DNA from: Geopsychrobacteraceae bacterium | GTDB lineage: Bacteria > Desulfobacterota > Desulfuromonadia > Desulfuromonadales > Geopsychrobacteraceae | Reading direction: 5' to 3' | Length of the DNA stretch: 64,000 bases | NCBI GenBank assembly: GCA_963676795.2 | Contig: CAXXTB010000002.1 | Location: forward strand, 2,304,001-2,368,000 | Part shown: piece by piece, positions 40,094 through 50,560 of the stretch | Layout: each line of letters starts with the position of its first letter | Numbering within the stretch: the stretch's first letter is position 1 | Translations under genes and position numbers: made by a program | Notes under the pieces: generated by a model | What the model was told of the DNA's origin: nothing | Databases searched by the model: none | Seen by the model: only the letters and a program-made list of their open reading frames with translations

Positions 40094-41947
40094 ATGCAAC
40101 AGCATCCTGATTATTCAGACGCACAACTCAAGCAGCAACTGACCAACCTGGTCAAGACGACCCTGGAGCAGGACCTGGACTTTGAGGAAGGCAAGGCCTG
40201 GGGCTATCATCCACAGAGGAGGACGATCACCTACCCCCGAGACGGGGCTGGCGGGCTTGAAACAACACCAAAACGCAGCTTACTCGGATCGCTCTATCAT
40301 GAAATCGCTCATGCGACATACAGCAGCGACCTCAATGCAGTTGAAATCATTGACTTCAGGGAAGAGTACCAGACACTGCTTCACGCCCTGGAAGATATCC
40401 GCGTCGAAAAAAAACTACAAAAGCGTTTTCCGGGGGTTGCTGATAACTTCAAAGCTGCTGTAAGCTGTTCCCAGTATCATCATTCGGATGAGGCTCTCGC
40501 AGAGATGCCCGCTCATTTGAATGTCCTGAGCAATGTCAAACGCTTCTACTCCATGCAGAAGCTGCTCTTTTCCTCGGCAAGGGCTGCCGATTTCTTTTAC
40601 CGGAACATCCTCAGAATCGACAAACTGGTTGGTTGTGAAACAACTGAAGAACTGACAGGAGGTGTCACCCATGAAATCTGGCCCGCATACAAAAAGCTCA
40701 TCGCCATTTACTCCGGCCGTCAAAACGGTAGCGACGATTACGCCGGACGGGATAACGACCTGCATCAAGATAAAGCCCCGTCACAAGACGGCTGCGACCC
40801 GGACGACTGTGAGCAATGTGATAACAGTCATGCGCAAGACAGCCCGCAACAAAATGACGATCAGGACCTGATTCCACAGAACCAGCAGAGCGAGTGCCAG
40901 AATTTCGCGATCGAAGCTGAAGACTTCTCGATCGAACAGGGCATCGCCATGAGCTTGAGCATGGAGGAAAACGATTCCGCTCTGGAGCAGGAAGCCAGGT
41001 TTTCCTTCTCGAATGCCGGTATCTCCACGGGAGAGGGGGACAAACAGAAAACCGCCCAGTACCGGCTGCCTGAAAACGCTCAACAATCCGGCGAAGAACA
41101 GGCTGATGACAAAGAGGACAAATCCTCCCGGGATCATCTGCGTCAAAATGGCAGGCTGCTCTGCTACGAAGATATTTTCACAACGGAGCTTCAGGAGCAG
41201 AAGAAGCTGTTTGTCAAAAAGCTTGGCAGTATCCTGCGCGATAACAACAATGAAAGAATCGGCGGGGCTTTCAGCGAAGGAACCCTGAACAGCACCCTGC
41301 TCTACCGTTTCAGGTGCAACAGCGACCGGGTTTTCAGCCGCAAGCTGCTGCGCTCTCACAAGCACTACAACATCTCGTTGCTGATTGACGAAAGCTCAAG
41401 CATGCGCGGTGAGCGCATCATCCATACCGCCCAGGCCGCCGCACTGCTCTGTGAGGTCCTGCAGAGCGTCAACCTGTCGTTTCAGGTGATCGGCTTCAAC
41501 AGCGACATCCGCATCTACAAGAGATTTCAGGAAAAGCTCGACGCCAGGGTGAGACGGCGCATGGAAGAGATCATTCCGGCGGCAGAACACTGGAATGCGG
41601 GGTACACCAACGACGCCGGCGCCATCACCATCAGCTCTCACCTGACACGTAATCAACCGGACGGGGAAAACATCATCCTGATCCTGACCGATGGCCGCTC
41701 CAATCTGCCGAGTAAACGGATCCCGCTGCAGTACCGGTCATTCTTTCCCAAAAACTGCGAAACCTATCGCCACCTGACCGCCTCCGCCGAGATCCGCAAA
41801 GTAATGACCGACAGCCTGGTCATCGGTATCGGCATCGACTACGACGAAGTTCGCGAGAACTACCCTGTCTCCATCGTCAACCGGGAGATCGACAAGCTCT
41901 CCGTTCAGGTGCTGAATCTGCTGCAGAAATATATCGTGCGCGGCTAG
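40094..41947 (+). CDS. vWA-domain partner protein (CobT/NorD-like) with N-terminal HExxH motif
   Basis: HEIAH...LEDIRVE, acidic linker, MIDAS DESSS / T.D / LTDG, IGIGI. Confidence 0.82.
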   Translation: MQQHPDYSDAQLKQQLTNLVKTTLEQDLDFEEGKAWGYHPQRRTITYPRDGAGGLETTPKRSLLGSLYHEIAHATYSSDLNAVEIIDFREEYQTLLHALEDIRVEKKLQKRFPGVADNFKAAVSCSQYHHSDEALAEMPAHLNVLSNVKRFYSMQKLLFSSARAADFFYRNILRIDKLVGCETTEELTGGVTHEIWPAYKKLIAIYSGRQNGSDDYAGRDNDLHQDKAPSQDGCDPDDCEQCDNSHAQDSPQQNDDQDLIPQNQQSECQNFAIEAEDFSIEQGIAMSLSMEENDSALEQEARFSFSNAGISTGEGDKQKTAQYRLPENAQQSGEEQADDKEDKSSRDHLRQNGRLLCYEDIFTTELQEQKKLFVKKLGSILRDNNNERIGGAFSEGTLNSTLLYRFRCNSDRVFSRKLLRSHKHYNISLLIDESSSMRGERIIHTAQAAALLCEVLQSVNLSFQVIGFNSDIRIYKRFQEKLDARVRRRMEEIIPAAEHWNAGYTNDAGAITISSHLTRNQPDGENIILILTDGRSNLPSKRIPLQYRSFFPKNCETYRHLTASAEIRKVMTDSLVIGIGIDYDEVRENYPVSIVNREIDKLSVQVLNLLQKYIVRG

Positions 41948-42042
41948 GAATCTGTCGGACGTTACATGAGTCTGCTGCAAAACCATCCGCTACTTCTGGC
42001 ATAAAAATCTCACGCGGACCGCGAACGTACCAGGTTCGGGGG

Positions 42043-42648
42043 TCAGCTTCTTTTCGCCAACAGCCGCAGCTGCAGATGCCCTAACAGTAAAAGTCCGGCA
42101 CAGGCCCCGATCAGAGCCATCAGCATATCGGCCTGGGCATCCCATTCGTAGCCTTGCGTACCAAGGAAAGCTTCTGCCGAGCCCCCCTGCAGCACGGCAA
42201 CCCACCACTCGATGAATTCATAAAAGGCGCTGAGCGCCAGACAGATTGAAATAACGATGAAACCGAGCATCTTGCCCGGCTGAAGGGGCGTTGTCCGCAG
42301 CAGGATCTCCCGCACAATCAGGGCCGGCACAAAGCCTTGGGCGAAATGACCGATCTTGTCGTAGTTGTTCCGCTCGAAACCGAACCAATCCTGCATCCAG
42401 AAACCGAGCGGGACCTCGGCATAGGTGTAGACACTGCCGACAGCAAGAATGGTGAAATGAAGTATAATCAGCCCGTAGACCAGAGTGGTAAACTGATACG
42501 TCCGCCAGGTAAAAATCAGAATCGGCAGTCCGAGCAGAATGGGGGAAACCTCAAGCAGCCAGGTCAGCTTGTCATGGGCCGCAACCTGCGAAACGAGCAG
42601 GATGAGGAGCGTGATAAGGATAAAGAGGGCAAACCAACGGATCTTCAA
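42043..42648 (-). CDS. DUF2238/YjdF-family inner membrane protein
   Basis: W.LE, YTYAEVP.G, RNNYDKIGHF, YE..EW, FLGTQG..WDAQ.DM. Confidence 0.88.
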   Translation of the reverse strand: MKIRWFALFILITLLILLVSQVAAHDKLTWLLEVSPILLGLPILIFTWRTYQFTTLVYGLIILHFTILAVGSVYTYAEVPLGFWMQDWFGFERNNYDKIGHFAQGFVPALIVREILLRTTPLQPGKMLGFIVISICLALSAFYEFIEWWVAVLQGGSAEAFLGTQGYEWDAQADMLMALIGACAGLLLLGHLQLRLLAKRS

Positions 42649-42809
42649 AGCATCCTCCCCGAACTTGTGACGCGTGACCTATCAGGGTTTCATGGCGAAA
42701 ACTGACAAAGTTGCTATGACTCTATCAGCTATTCGGGATAGTATGAATCAGATTGTGATCATATTTTGCCTGTGAAACAGCTTCCTCCTTTAACCCAAGA
42801 GGCCCGAAT

Positions 42810-43658
42810 ATGAATCCGGACAACATCCCCCTCACTGAAGAGATCCAGATGATTCAGAAGATTCTGGATATCATCGTCGAATTCATCATCAAGTACAGTT
42901 TCCAGATCGTCGGCGCGTTGATCATCCTGATCATCGGCCTCAAACTGTCCGGCTGGCTGTCACGCCTGGTGCTGAGGGTCTGTGAAAAACGCAACATCGA
43001 TGTCACCCTGTCCAGGTTCCTGGCCAGCAGCGTCAAACTGCTGGTGCTGATCTTTGTCGTCATTATCGCCATCGGCAAGTTCGGCATATCGATAGCCCCC
43101 TTCATCGCCGCCATCGGCGCCCTCGCCTTCGGCAGCAGCTTCGCCATTGCCGGGCCATTGTCCAACTACGGTGCCGGACTGACCCTGATCGTGACTCGTC
43201 CCTTCGTAGTCGGCAATACCATCAAGGTCCAGGGCGTCAGCGGCATTGTCGATGAGATCCGCCTCGCTGCAACCCTGCTGACAACGGAAGACGGAGAACA
43301 GATCATCATTCCCAACAAGCATATCGTCGGCGAAATTCTGATCAATTCCTTTGAAAACCGGATCATCGAAACCAGTGTCGGCATCTCCTACGGGGATGAC
43401 CCGGAGCGGGCCATTGCGGTTATTCAGCAGGTGCTTTCGGGCTTTGAGGAGGTCAGCCGGAAAAAGACCCCCCAGGTCGGGATCGAGGCCTTTGCCGATT
43501 CGTCCATCAACATCGGCCTGCGCTACTGGGTTCCCACGGAAAAATATTTCGATACTCTCTATAAGGTGAACCTGGCGATCCACAAGGCTCTTGCCGAAGC
43601 GCGGATTACCATTCCGTTTCCGCAGCGGGATATCCATATCCATCAGCGGGAGGCATAG
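42810..43658 (+). CDS. mscS: Small-conductance mechanosensitive channel
   Basis: Three TMs, LSN..AG, RPF.VG, IPN, GISY.DD, ADSSIN, IPFPQR. Confidence 0.9.
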   Translation: MNPDNIPLTEEIQMIQKILDIIVEFIIKYSFQIVGALIILIIGLKLSGWLSRLVLRVCEKRNIDVTLSRFLASSVKLLVLIFVVIIAIGKFGISIAPFIAAIGALAFGSSFAIAGPLSNYGAGLTLIVTRPFVVGNTIKVQGVSGIVDEIRLAATLLTTEDGEQIIIPNKHIVGEILINSFENRIIETSVGISYGDDPERAIAVIQQVLSGFEEVSRKKTPQVGIEAFADSSINIGLRYWVPTEKYFDTLYKVNLAIHKALAEARITIPFPQRDIHIHQREA

Positions 43659-43693
43659 TCTAACTGCAGCCGGAAACAGGCCGGGACCCATTC

Positions 43694-43737
43694 AAAAAAA
43701 AGCGGGCAGGCTCCTGACAGCCCTTCCCGTTTTTTTG
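43694..43737. terminator. Bidirectional intrinsic terminator between convergent genes
   Basis: A-tract, imperfect GC stem, T-tract. Confidence 0.6.
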
Positions 43738-43762
43738 ATGAGAGCTTACCTAGCCATAATGG

Positions 43763-45250
43763 CTAGGCGGAAAGCCCGCGAAAGATGTCATCACTGCATT
43801 GACTGTTTTTCAGCAGATCGTGACAGCTCAAACGCGACTCGATCAATTTTTTGATGACAGGAGCTGGCGAGGTATCGCCGACCAGAATGGCTCCGACGAG
43901 ACGATCATCACGGAAAATGACTTCCGCATAATGCGCGGCGTCCGCCTGCTCAAAGGTGCGGTAACTGGCATCATCAGGATGGACATTGCCGATACTGAGC
44001 ATGTCGACACCCAAGACCTTGAGGATATTGCTGCGCGGGATACCGCCGAAGCTCACATCACCACCAGCGGCGTTGATTCCGGCGATACTTCCCTGGTATT
44101 GGGCCGGAGCCCAGGTCCCGTAGCAGGTCGACTGGTGTTCGGCCAGATCCCCGGCGGCAAAGATCTCTTCACGGGTTGTACGCAGCTGGTGATCGACCAC
44201 CACCCCTTCCTTGACCTCAAGTCCGGCCAGGCGGGCCAGGTAACTGTTGGTTCTGACTCCGGCGGCAACAACGACCATGTCTGCCGCATAACTTTCACCC
44301 GACTCAAGAACGACGTTACGCACCGACTCATCACCGTCGAACTGCTTGATTCTGGCGCCAAGCACCAGCTCGATCCCCAGATCCTTCGCCGCTGACTCAA
44401 GGTAAGAGCTGGCCTGCTGATTCAACTGGCGGGGGAGCAGCCAGTTAAACCCTTCGATCAGACTGACGCTGACCTGCTGACGCACCAGTGCCGCCGCGAT
44501 TTCCAGCCCGAGAACACCGCCGCCGACAACCACGCAGCGCTTGCCCGCCTTGCAGCTGGCCAGAATCCAGTCGGCATCCTTCTTGTGACGCAGGGTCACG
44601 ACATTCTGCCGGTTGATCCCGGCAACCGGCGGCACAAATGGATGAGCCCCCATGGCCAGGATCAGGCGATCATAACTTAGGGCCTGGTCATCTCTGATCT
44701 GTAACTGCCTGGTACTGACATCGACGGCCGTGACCTCGCTGTTGAAACGCACCTCGATATTTTTTTCCTGATACCAGGGGGCAGGATGAACCGGCAGTTC
44801 ATCAGGGGTGATTTCCCCAGCCAGGTAGCGGGTCAGGTTCAGCCGGTAATAGGGGAGTTCAGCTTCACGCGTCAGCAGGACTATCCGTGCTTCTGCGGAG
44901 GTGGAACGAGCAGATTCTGCCGCTGAAAGGCCGGCAATCCCGCCGCCGATAATCACGATGGTGCCATTAAACCGTCCCGCTGCCGAAGTTTTCTGTTCTT
45001 GGGCAACAGCTTCGAACTTATCTGCGCCGGCACCGCAAACGACACACACCTCAGGCGGAGCATCCCCCTCATGAATATAATCACAGTTGATACACTGCCA
45101 GCTGGTCTGCGCTGAGACTGGTTGAGGCGTCGCAGGAGCTGCTATCACTTCAAAATACTCTGCCGTTGCTCCGCAGATTGGACAACATTCACAAGGAGCC
45201 TCCCCATCGTGAACATATCCGCACAGTGAACAGAGCCATTGCCTAGTCAT
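43763..45250 (-). CDS. FAD/NAD(P)H oxidoreductase with two N-terminal rubredoxin-like domains
   Basis: CSLCGY..CPICG and CINCDY..CVVCG, GGGIAG, GGGVLGLE, IFAAGD. Confidence 0.88.
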   Translation of the reverse strand: MTRQWLCSLCGYVHDGEAPCECCPICGATAEYFEVIAAPATPQPVSAQTSWQCINCDYIHEGDAPPEVCVVCGAGADKFEAVAQEQKTSAAGRFNGTIVIIGGGIAGLSAAESARSTSAEARIVLLTREAELPYYRLNLTRYLAGEITPDELPVHPAPWYQEKNIEVRFNSEVTAVDVSTRQLQIRDDQALSYDRLILAMGAHPFVPPVAGINRQNVVTLRHKKDADWILASCKAGKRCVVVGGGVLGLEIAAALVRQQVSVSLIEGFNWLLPRQLNQQASSYLESAAKDLGIELVLGARIKQFDGDESVRNVVLESGESYAADMVVVAAGVRTNSYLARLAGLEVKEGVVVDHQLRTTREEIFAAGDLAEHQSTCYGTWAPAQYQGSIAGINAAGGDVSFGGIPRSNILKVLGVDMLSIGNVHPDDASYRTFEQADAAHYAEVIFRDDRLVGAILVGDTSPAPVIKKLIESRLSCHDLLKNSQCSDDIFRGLSA

Positions 45251-45265
45251 GGATACCCCCTGAAT

Positions 45266-45299
45266 AAAAAAAGACCGCCAGGCATTGCCCTGGCGGTCC
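45266..45299 (-). terminator. Intrinsic terminator after rubrerythrin
   Basis: Minus strand GACCGCCAGG..CCTGGCGGTC then T7. Confidence 0.65.
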
Positions 45300-45319
45300 G
45301 GATTGTTTTGATAAATAGA

Positions 45320-45820
45320 TCAGTCGATCAGGCTGAAGCGCTCTTTAGGAACCATGCAGACGTCGCATTTTTCCGGGGCTTCGTCGTAGACGGTGTTACC
45401 ACAGATTTCGCAGACATAGATCTTGCGGGCCGGCAGATCGCTGCCGCCTTTGACCGACTCAAGAGCCTTGGAGTAAAGATCGTAGTGAACCTTCTCGACG
45501 GCCAGGGCGTTGCGGATGGAAACTTCGCCCATCTTGTGACCTTCAGCCTTGGACTCTTCCAGGTAAGGTGGGTACATCTCCTGGAACTCGAACCCTTCAC
45601 CGTCGATAGCGACCTGCAGGTTTTCGAGAGTCTTGTGAATGCCCCCCATGGCTCTTAAGTGAGCATGGGCATGGATGGTCTCTGCGTGCGCAGCGGCACG
45701 GAACAGTTTGGCAACCTCTGGGAAACCATCAGCATCGGCCTGTTTGGCAAAAGCGAGATATTTACGGTTGGCCTGGCTTTCGCCGGAAAAAGCATCAGCA
45801 AGATTATCGTTAGTAGCCAT
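45320..45820 (-). CDS. rbr: Rubrerythrin
   Basis: AFSGESQA, E..HA, GE..E...MYP, E..H, C-terminal CEICG..CDVC. Confidence 0.92.
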   Translation of the reverse strand: MATNDNLADAFSGESQANRKYLAFAKQADADGFPEVAKLFRAAAHAETIHAHAHLRAMGGIHKTLENLQVAIDGEGFEFQEMYPPYLEESKAEGHKMGEVSIRNALAVEKVHYDLYSKALESVKGGSDLPARKIYVCEICGNTVYDEAPEKCDVCMVPKERFSLID

Positions 45821-45968
45821 GTTATCCTCCTAGTTATGTGAAAAAAATTAGGCCAGAATGACCCCTCTGAAATATCCGTTTTCGGAATTCTATTATTCAA
45901 TCGGCAACCCAACCAGAGTAACAGGGCAGCACAGGTTGTCAACGATTATCACGATAAATATGTGGAGC

Positions 45969-47213
45969 TTAGCCACAGGTGATGAGCGGTTGATAAAAAT
46001 CCTGTGAACGCTGTCGGCATGGAAGTTTTTTCATCAGCAGACCGTAGAGCCGGGTCGCTTTCAATTCGAGCTGGAGCTGCAGCAGAGCACGTTGATATTC
46101 ATCCGTATCCATTCCGTAGTGCCGCTTCAAAAGAGAGTAAACCCGGGAGAAATTCTGCACCAGGGGCACCTTTCTCTGTTTGCGGGTTGCCGCCAGAAAG
46201 CGCATCCCCTGCTCACTTGCGGCCAGCAGATGAAGATAGGTCGGGGAACGGATCAGCAGTTGATCCGCAGTTGCCCGCTCCAAACAGAGCAGAACACACA
46301 ACAGCAGGCGCTGAATACGGGTTCGCGTCAGATGCCTCGACTTGATCCCGGCGATCAGTTCCTCCATTGTCGCTGCATTTTCGGCAACCTGCAGAATCCG
46401 TTGAGCCATCCCCTCGTCAACCAGCCATAAGTCCTCGAGAAGATCTCCCGCACTGAAAATCTGTCCGAGCAGTAAGCGGAAATGCTGCTCCGGACAATAA
46501 CAGTGGCTACTAATCAGCTGGCTGTGCAAAAGCGTAAAAACCGCTTCCGGCAGCAGCTGTTCAACATTTTCTCCGGCATCCAACCGCTGCCTGATCCCGG
46601 TAGCACTTGAGATACCATCGACGATTGCGGAATCATGGAATCCCGCCCCGATCCGCCGGACGGTCAACGGGACAATAGACAGCTGTTCCCGCGCAAGCGC
46701 CTTCAGGTATTCAAGGCCAAGGATATTGTTCGGCTGAGCCAAGAGCGTCTGATCAACAGCGAGAAACTCTTTCAGAACTTCCGCCTTAGCCAGCGGATAG
46801 GCCTTTCCGCGACGCAGCAGGATAGCAGTGCGGGTCGCAATCTCGTCATCCTGTTCAAGTTCGACCCTGCCCCACTGCTGCAGATCGGCCAAACAGCCCG
46901 ACTCACTGCCGAAACAGAGAGTGTCGATGCCCCCGACCAGATCCAGCGCCTGCACCGCACCACGGGCAAAGTCCGGAGCACTGGCGCAAGCCCAGGGGAG
47001 CGGCAGTTCGACAACCAGATCAACCCCGCCGGCCAGCGCCATTTTGGCCCGGGCCCACTTATCGACCAACGCTGCTTCACCGCGCTGCAGAAAGTGGCCG
47101 CTCATCACGGCGACACTGACATCTGCGCCTGCAAGCTTGAGGCTTTCCTTAAGGTGGTAAAGGTGACCGTTGTGAAAGGGGTTATATTCAGTAATCAGAC
47201 CGACGGCACGCAT
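45969..47213 (-). CDS. tmcAL: tRNA(Met) cytidine acetate ligase-like nucleotidyltransferase
   Basis: GLITEYNPFHNGH, MSG.FLQRGE, DLVVELP, FGSE, PNNILG.EY, SATGIR, TRTRIQR. Confidence 0.85.
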   Translation of the reverse strand: MRAVGLITEYNPFHNGHLYHLKESLKLAGADVSVAVMSGHFLQRGEAALVDKWARAKMALAGGVDLVVELPLPWACASAPDFARGAVQALDLVGGIDTLCFGSESGCLADLQQWGRVELEQDDEIATRTAILLRRGKAYPLAKAEVLKEFLAVDQTLLAQPNNILGLEYLKALAREQLSIVPLTVRRIGAGFHDSAIVDGISSATGIRQRLDAGENVEQLLPEAVFTLLHSQLISSHCYCPEQHFRLLLGQIFSAGDLLEDLWLVDEGMAQRILQVAENAATMEELIAGIKSRHLTRTRIQRLLLCVLLCLERATADQLLIRSPTYLHLLAASEQGMRFLAATRKQRKVPLVQNFSRVYSLLKRHYGMDTDEYQRALLQLQLELKATRLYGLLMKKLPCRQRSQDFYQPLITCG

Positions 47214-47270
47214 AAAACCTCGCAGGAGCTAAAACCAAAACAAAAATCGGCCTCACGCAAAGCCGCGAAG

Positions 47271-47963
47271 CTAAAGAACAACCGGAATTTTTTCAGCCAC
47301 CCGATTTTCCGTTGTCGACACCTCGGTTTTATAGGCCAACGCCTCAACACCCTGGGCTGTCACCTCGCGCAGGATGCGACCGTAATCGGGGTCGATATCG
47401 TCGGCAGGGGTAAAGGCTGTCGCTTCGCCGCGCTGCACCAGAAAGAAGATCACAGCCCGGAAACCCTGCTGTTTTGCAGCAAGCAGTTCACGCAGGTGCT
47501 TCTGGCCGCGGGTGGTCACCGCATCGGGAAAGCAGGCCACGGTTTCCTGGCAGCAGAGAGTCACGTTCTTCACTTCGACAAGAATCTTCTCCTCCCCCTT
47601 CTCCAGGTAAAAATCGATGCGGCTGTCTCCGAAGCGGTATTCCGCTGTAATACTGTAACCGTCCAGTCCGGCGATCCAGCCATTACGCAGCGCTTCTTCG
47701 ACCACCCGGTTGGCCCGCTGGGTATGGGTATCGACCAAGTAATCACCGACCCGGATCAATTCCAGGGTGTATTTCAGCTTGCGCTTCGGATCGTCGGCCC
47801 GGGAAATCAGCACCGGATAGCCGGGAACAGCACACTGCTTCATACTGCCGGTATTCGGGGTGTGGGCCGTGACGACGCTGCCATCATCCAGCTCGACATC
47901 GGCAAAAAAGCGTTTATAGCGACGGACCAGCTTGCCGCTGAGCAACGGGGTCGGCAGTTGCAT
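47271..47963 (-). CDS. sfsA: SfsA-family nuclease
   Basis: RYKRF.AD, H.PNTGSM, SRIDF, VEVKNVT, FPDAVTTRGQKHL.EL. Confidence 0.95.
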   Translation of the reverse strand: MQLPTPLLSGKLVRRYKRFFADVELDDGSVVTAHTPNTGSMKQCAVPGYPVLISRADDPKRKLKYTLELIRVGDYLVDTHTQRANRVVEEALRNGWIAGLDGYSITAEYRFGDSRIDFYLEKGEEKILVEVKNVTLCCQETVACFPDAVTTRGQKHLRELLAAKQQGFRAVIFFLVQRGEATAFTPADDIDPDYGRILREVTAQGVEALAYKTEVSTTENRVAEKIPVVL

Positions 47964-47993
47964 AGGAATCTCCCGGAAAACAGGACAGGGGAA

Positions 47994-49364
47994 TTACTTG
48001 CCGAGTCGTTGACGCAACATCGACAGCAGAATCGAATGGGTCTCGCGCAACTCTCCAAGCCGGTAATTCAGCTTCGGAGCCCCGTTGAGATCGAACAGTT
48101 TCGGCACGGCGACACGTTGGGAAGAATAGATCCCAGTGTGACCGCTGAAATAATAGGCAGTATAGCAGGCAATGGCAAAATAGAGAATGTGGGTCGCCCC
48201 GAACAGCTCCACCCCCATGAGAGTGCAGGCCAGGGGAGTGTTGGTTGCCGCAGCGAAAACGGCCAGAAAACCGAGGGCGGCAAACAGGTCGACCGGGGCG
48301 CCGAGCAGCCAGGCCAGGGTGTTGCCGAGAGTCGCCCCGACAAAGAACAGCGGCGTGACCTCCCCCCCTTTATAACCGGCGGCCAGAGTCACAGCCGTCA
48401 GCACCAGCTTGAGCAGCCAGCTGTACCACTGCGCGCCCCCCTCCTGAAAGGCACTCAAGATGCTGACACCGCCGTCACGGCTGGAATAGACGCCCAGGCC
48501 GATATAATCACCGTGACCGATCAGCTGGACGGCGACGATCACAATAACCCCACCGGCAATGACGATCAGGTAAGGATTCTTGATGGTCGCCCGGAACAGG
48601 TCCTTGAAGAGATGGGTCAGCTCACCAAACAGAAACCCGGCCAGGCCGAAAGCGATGGCCGCAATCACGGTCTTGACCAGCAACAGCAGATCGACCTTGA
48701 CAGCGTGTTCAAAAAGGGTCATCGACTCGAGAAAATCGATCCGGTAATGGGTGTGATGTGCGCCCCAGGCGGAGCAGACCAGGTCGGCCAGCACCGCGGC
48801 AAACAGTGCCGGGATGATGGCGTCATATTTGAGCCGGCCGATCGCCAGAACCTCCAGGGCGAAGATCGCCCCGGTCAGCGGCGTACCGAAAACAGCACCG
48901 AATCCGGCGGCGACACCGGCAATCAGGATCAGGCGGGTATCGGCCTCGTTCAGCCGGAAAATCCGCGCCAGCAAGTGGGTCGTCGCGCCGCCGATCTGGA
49001 CCGCCGTTCCCTCACGCCCAGCAGAACCGCCAAACAGATGGGTTACCACCGTCGACAGCAGAACCAGCGGAGCCATACGCACCGGTATCCCCGCCCCCGG
49101 CTCATGGATCTCATCCATGATCAGGTTGTTCCCCCCTTCCGAATTCTTGCCCAGATTACGGTAGCAATAGACGATGACCAGACCGGCCAGAGGGAGCAGA
49201 TAGAGCAACCAGGGAATCTCGATCCGCGTTTCTGTGGCGACTTCGAGAAGCCACAAGAAAAGGGCGTTCAAAGACCCGACAACAAAGGCGACCGGGATAA
49301 TGATCAGGGCCCAGCGCAGAATCTGGATGAATATTTTGGGGCTGGAACTTATCGGGCGTGTCAT
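47994..49364 (-). CDS. CLC-family anion transporter, CLC-F (fluoride exporter) type
   Basis: All three CLC-F signatures: GNNLI, GREGT, GEVTP. Confidence 0.88.
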   Translation of the reverse strand: MTRPISSSPKIFIQILRWALIIIPVAFVVGSLNALFLWLLEVATETRIEIPWLLYLLPLAGLVIVYCYRNLGKNSEGGNNLIMDEIHEPGAGIPVRMAPLVLLSTVVTHLFGGSAGREGTAVQIGGATTHLLARIFRLNEADTRLILIAGVAAGFGAVFGTPLTGAIFALEVLAIGRLKYDAIIPALFAAVLADLVCSAWGAHHTHYRIDFLESMTLFEHAVKVDLLLLVKTVIAAIAFGLAGFLFGELTHLFKDLFRATIKNPYLIVIAGGVIVIVAVQLIGHGDYIGLGVYSSRDGGVSILSAFQEGGAQWYSWLLKLVLTAVTLAAGYKGGEVTPLFFVGATLGNTLAWLLGAPVDLFAALGFLAVFAAATNTPLACTLMGVELFGATHILYFAIACYTAYYFSGHTGIYSSQRVAVPKLFDLNGAPKLNYRLGELRETHSILLSMLRQRLGK

Positions 49365-49573
49365 TCCTTCGTCTCTTTGGTCAAAGGCTGTTCAGGAAAC
49401 AAATGATGACACCTGAATCGGTGCAGGATCGACACAGGCAGCAGTCACAAACGCGATAACGCGTTCGATACTACCCTTCTCGCTCCGCCGCTTTCAAGCG
49501 CTTTCTTGCCGGTCATTTTTGACAATGACCCAAACAGGATCAATACTTTAACTGAGCATGAAGGGAAATTCGC

Positions 49574-50560
49574 ATGACTGATACCAAGGGGATTGCCATT
49601 GAAGTCAGCAACCTGGCCAAAGCCTTTGACCAGGTTGTCGCCGTCGCTGGCGTCAATTTCAGCGTTCAGGCCGGTGAACTGTTCGGCTTTCTCGGCCCCA
49701 ACGGCGCGGGCAAAACCACGACCATCAATATGCTCACCGGCCTTGCGCGCCCCGATGCCGGGCAGATCCGGATCGGCGGCATCGACTGCGTCAGGAAACC
49801 ACGTTCCGCCCAGCACCTGATCGGAGTGGTCCCGGATGAAAGCAATCTCTATCCTGACCTGAGTGGTTTTGACAACCTCTGCTTCTGTGCCGCCCTGTAC
49901 GGCATCGGCAAGGCGGAACGGCGGAAAAGGGCTTTGGAATTACTGAAAAACTTCGAACTGAATGAAGCGGCGGGACGGAAATTCAGCACTTACTCCAAAG
50001 GCATGAAACGGAAACTGACGATCGCCGCCGGCATCATCCACCGCCCCGCCATCCTCTTCCTTGATGAACCGACCACCGGTATCGACGTGGCCAGTGCCAG
50101 GCAATTACGCCAGATCATCACCACCCTCAACAGGCACGGCACAACCATCTTTCTGACCACCCACTATATTGAAGAAGCGGAACGCCTCTGCGACCGGATC
50201 GCCTTCATCGTCAAAGGCGAGATCGTCAGACTCGACACAACCGACAATCTGGTCCAGCCTCTGCAGCACCGGCACCTGCTGCAGCTTTCGGTCACCAATC
50301 AACTTGATGGCATCGAAAAGGACCTTGCCGGTAGCTTCCCCGAGTTAAAACTGGTCAACATCCAACCCGGCCAACTGCGTGTCGAAACGTCAGCTCCCTT
50401 GCCAATCGGCCCGCTGGTCCATTTTCTCGAAGCGCGTGGCAACGAGGTTCTGGAAGCCAGAAGGATCAGGCCGAGCCTGGAGGATATATTTATCGAAGTG
50501 ACAGGCCTCGCCGTTAAAACGATGCAACATAAACTGGAACAGACAGGAGGGCCGAAATGA
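49574..50560 (+). CDS. ABC-2-type exporter ATP-binding protein
   Basis: GPNGAGKTT, YSKGM, LDEPT, TTHY. Confidence 0.92.
   Translation: MTDTKGIAIEVSNLAKAFDQVVAVAGVNFSVQAGELFGFLGPNGAGKTTTINMLTGLARPDAGQIRIGGIDCVRKPRSAQHLIGVVPDESNLYPDLSGFDNLCFCAALYGIGKAERRKRALELLKNFELNEAAGRKFSTYSKGMKRKLTIAAGIIHRPAILFLDEPTTGIDVASARQLRQIITTLNRHGTTIFLTTHYIEEAERLCDRIAFIVKGEIVRLDTTDNLVQPLQHRHLLQLSVTNQLDGIEKDLAGSFPELKLVNIQPGQLRVETSAPLPIGPLVHFLEARGNEVLEARRIRPSLEDIFIEVTGLAVKTMQHKLEQTGGPK

Noticed and set aside
46635..49406. 923-aa plus-strand ORF
   Set aside because: Antisense shadow of tmcAL, sfsA and the CLC gene; no motifs
49402..49417. TGATGACACCT resembling the 3' end of a fluoride riboswitch
   Set aside because: Wrong strand for the CLC gene and the 5' GATGG pseudoknot segment is missing
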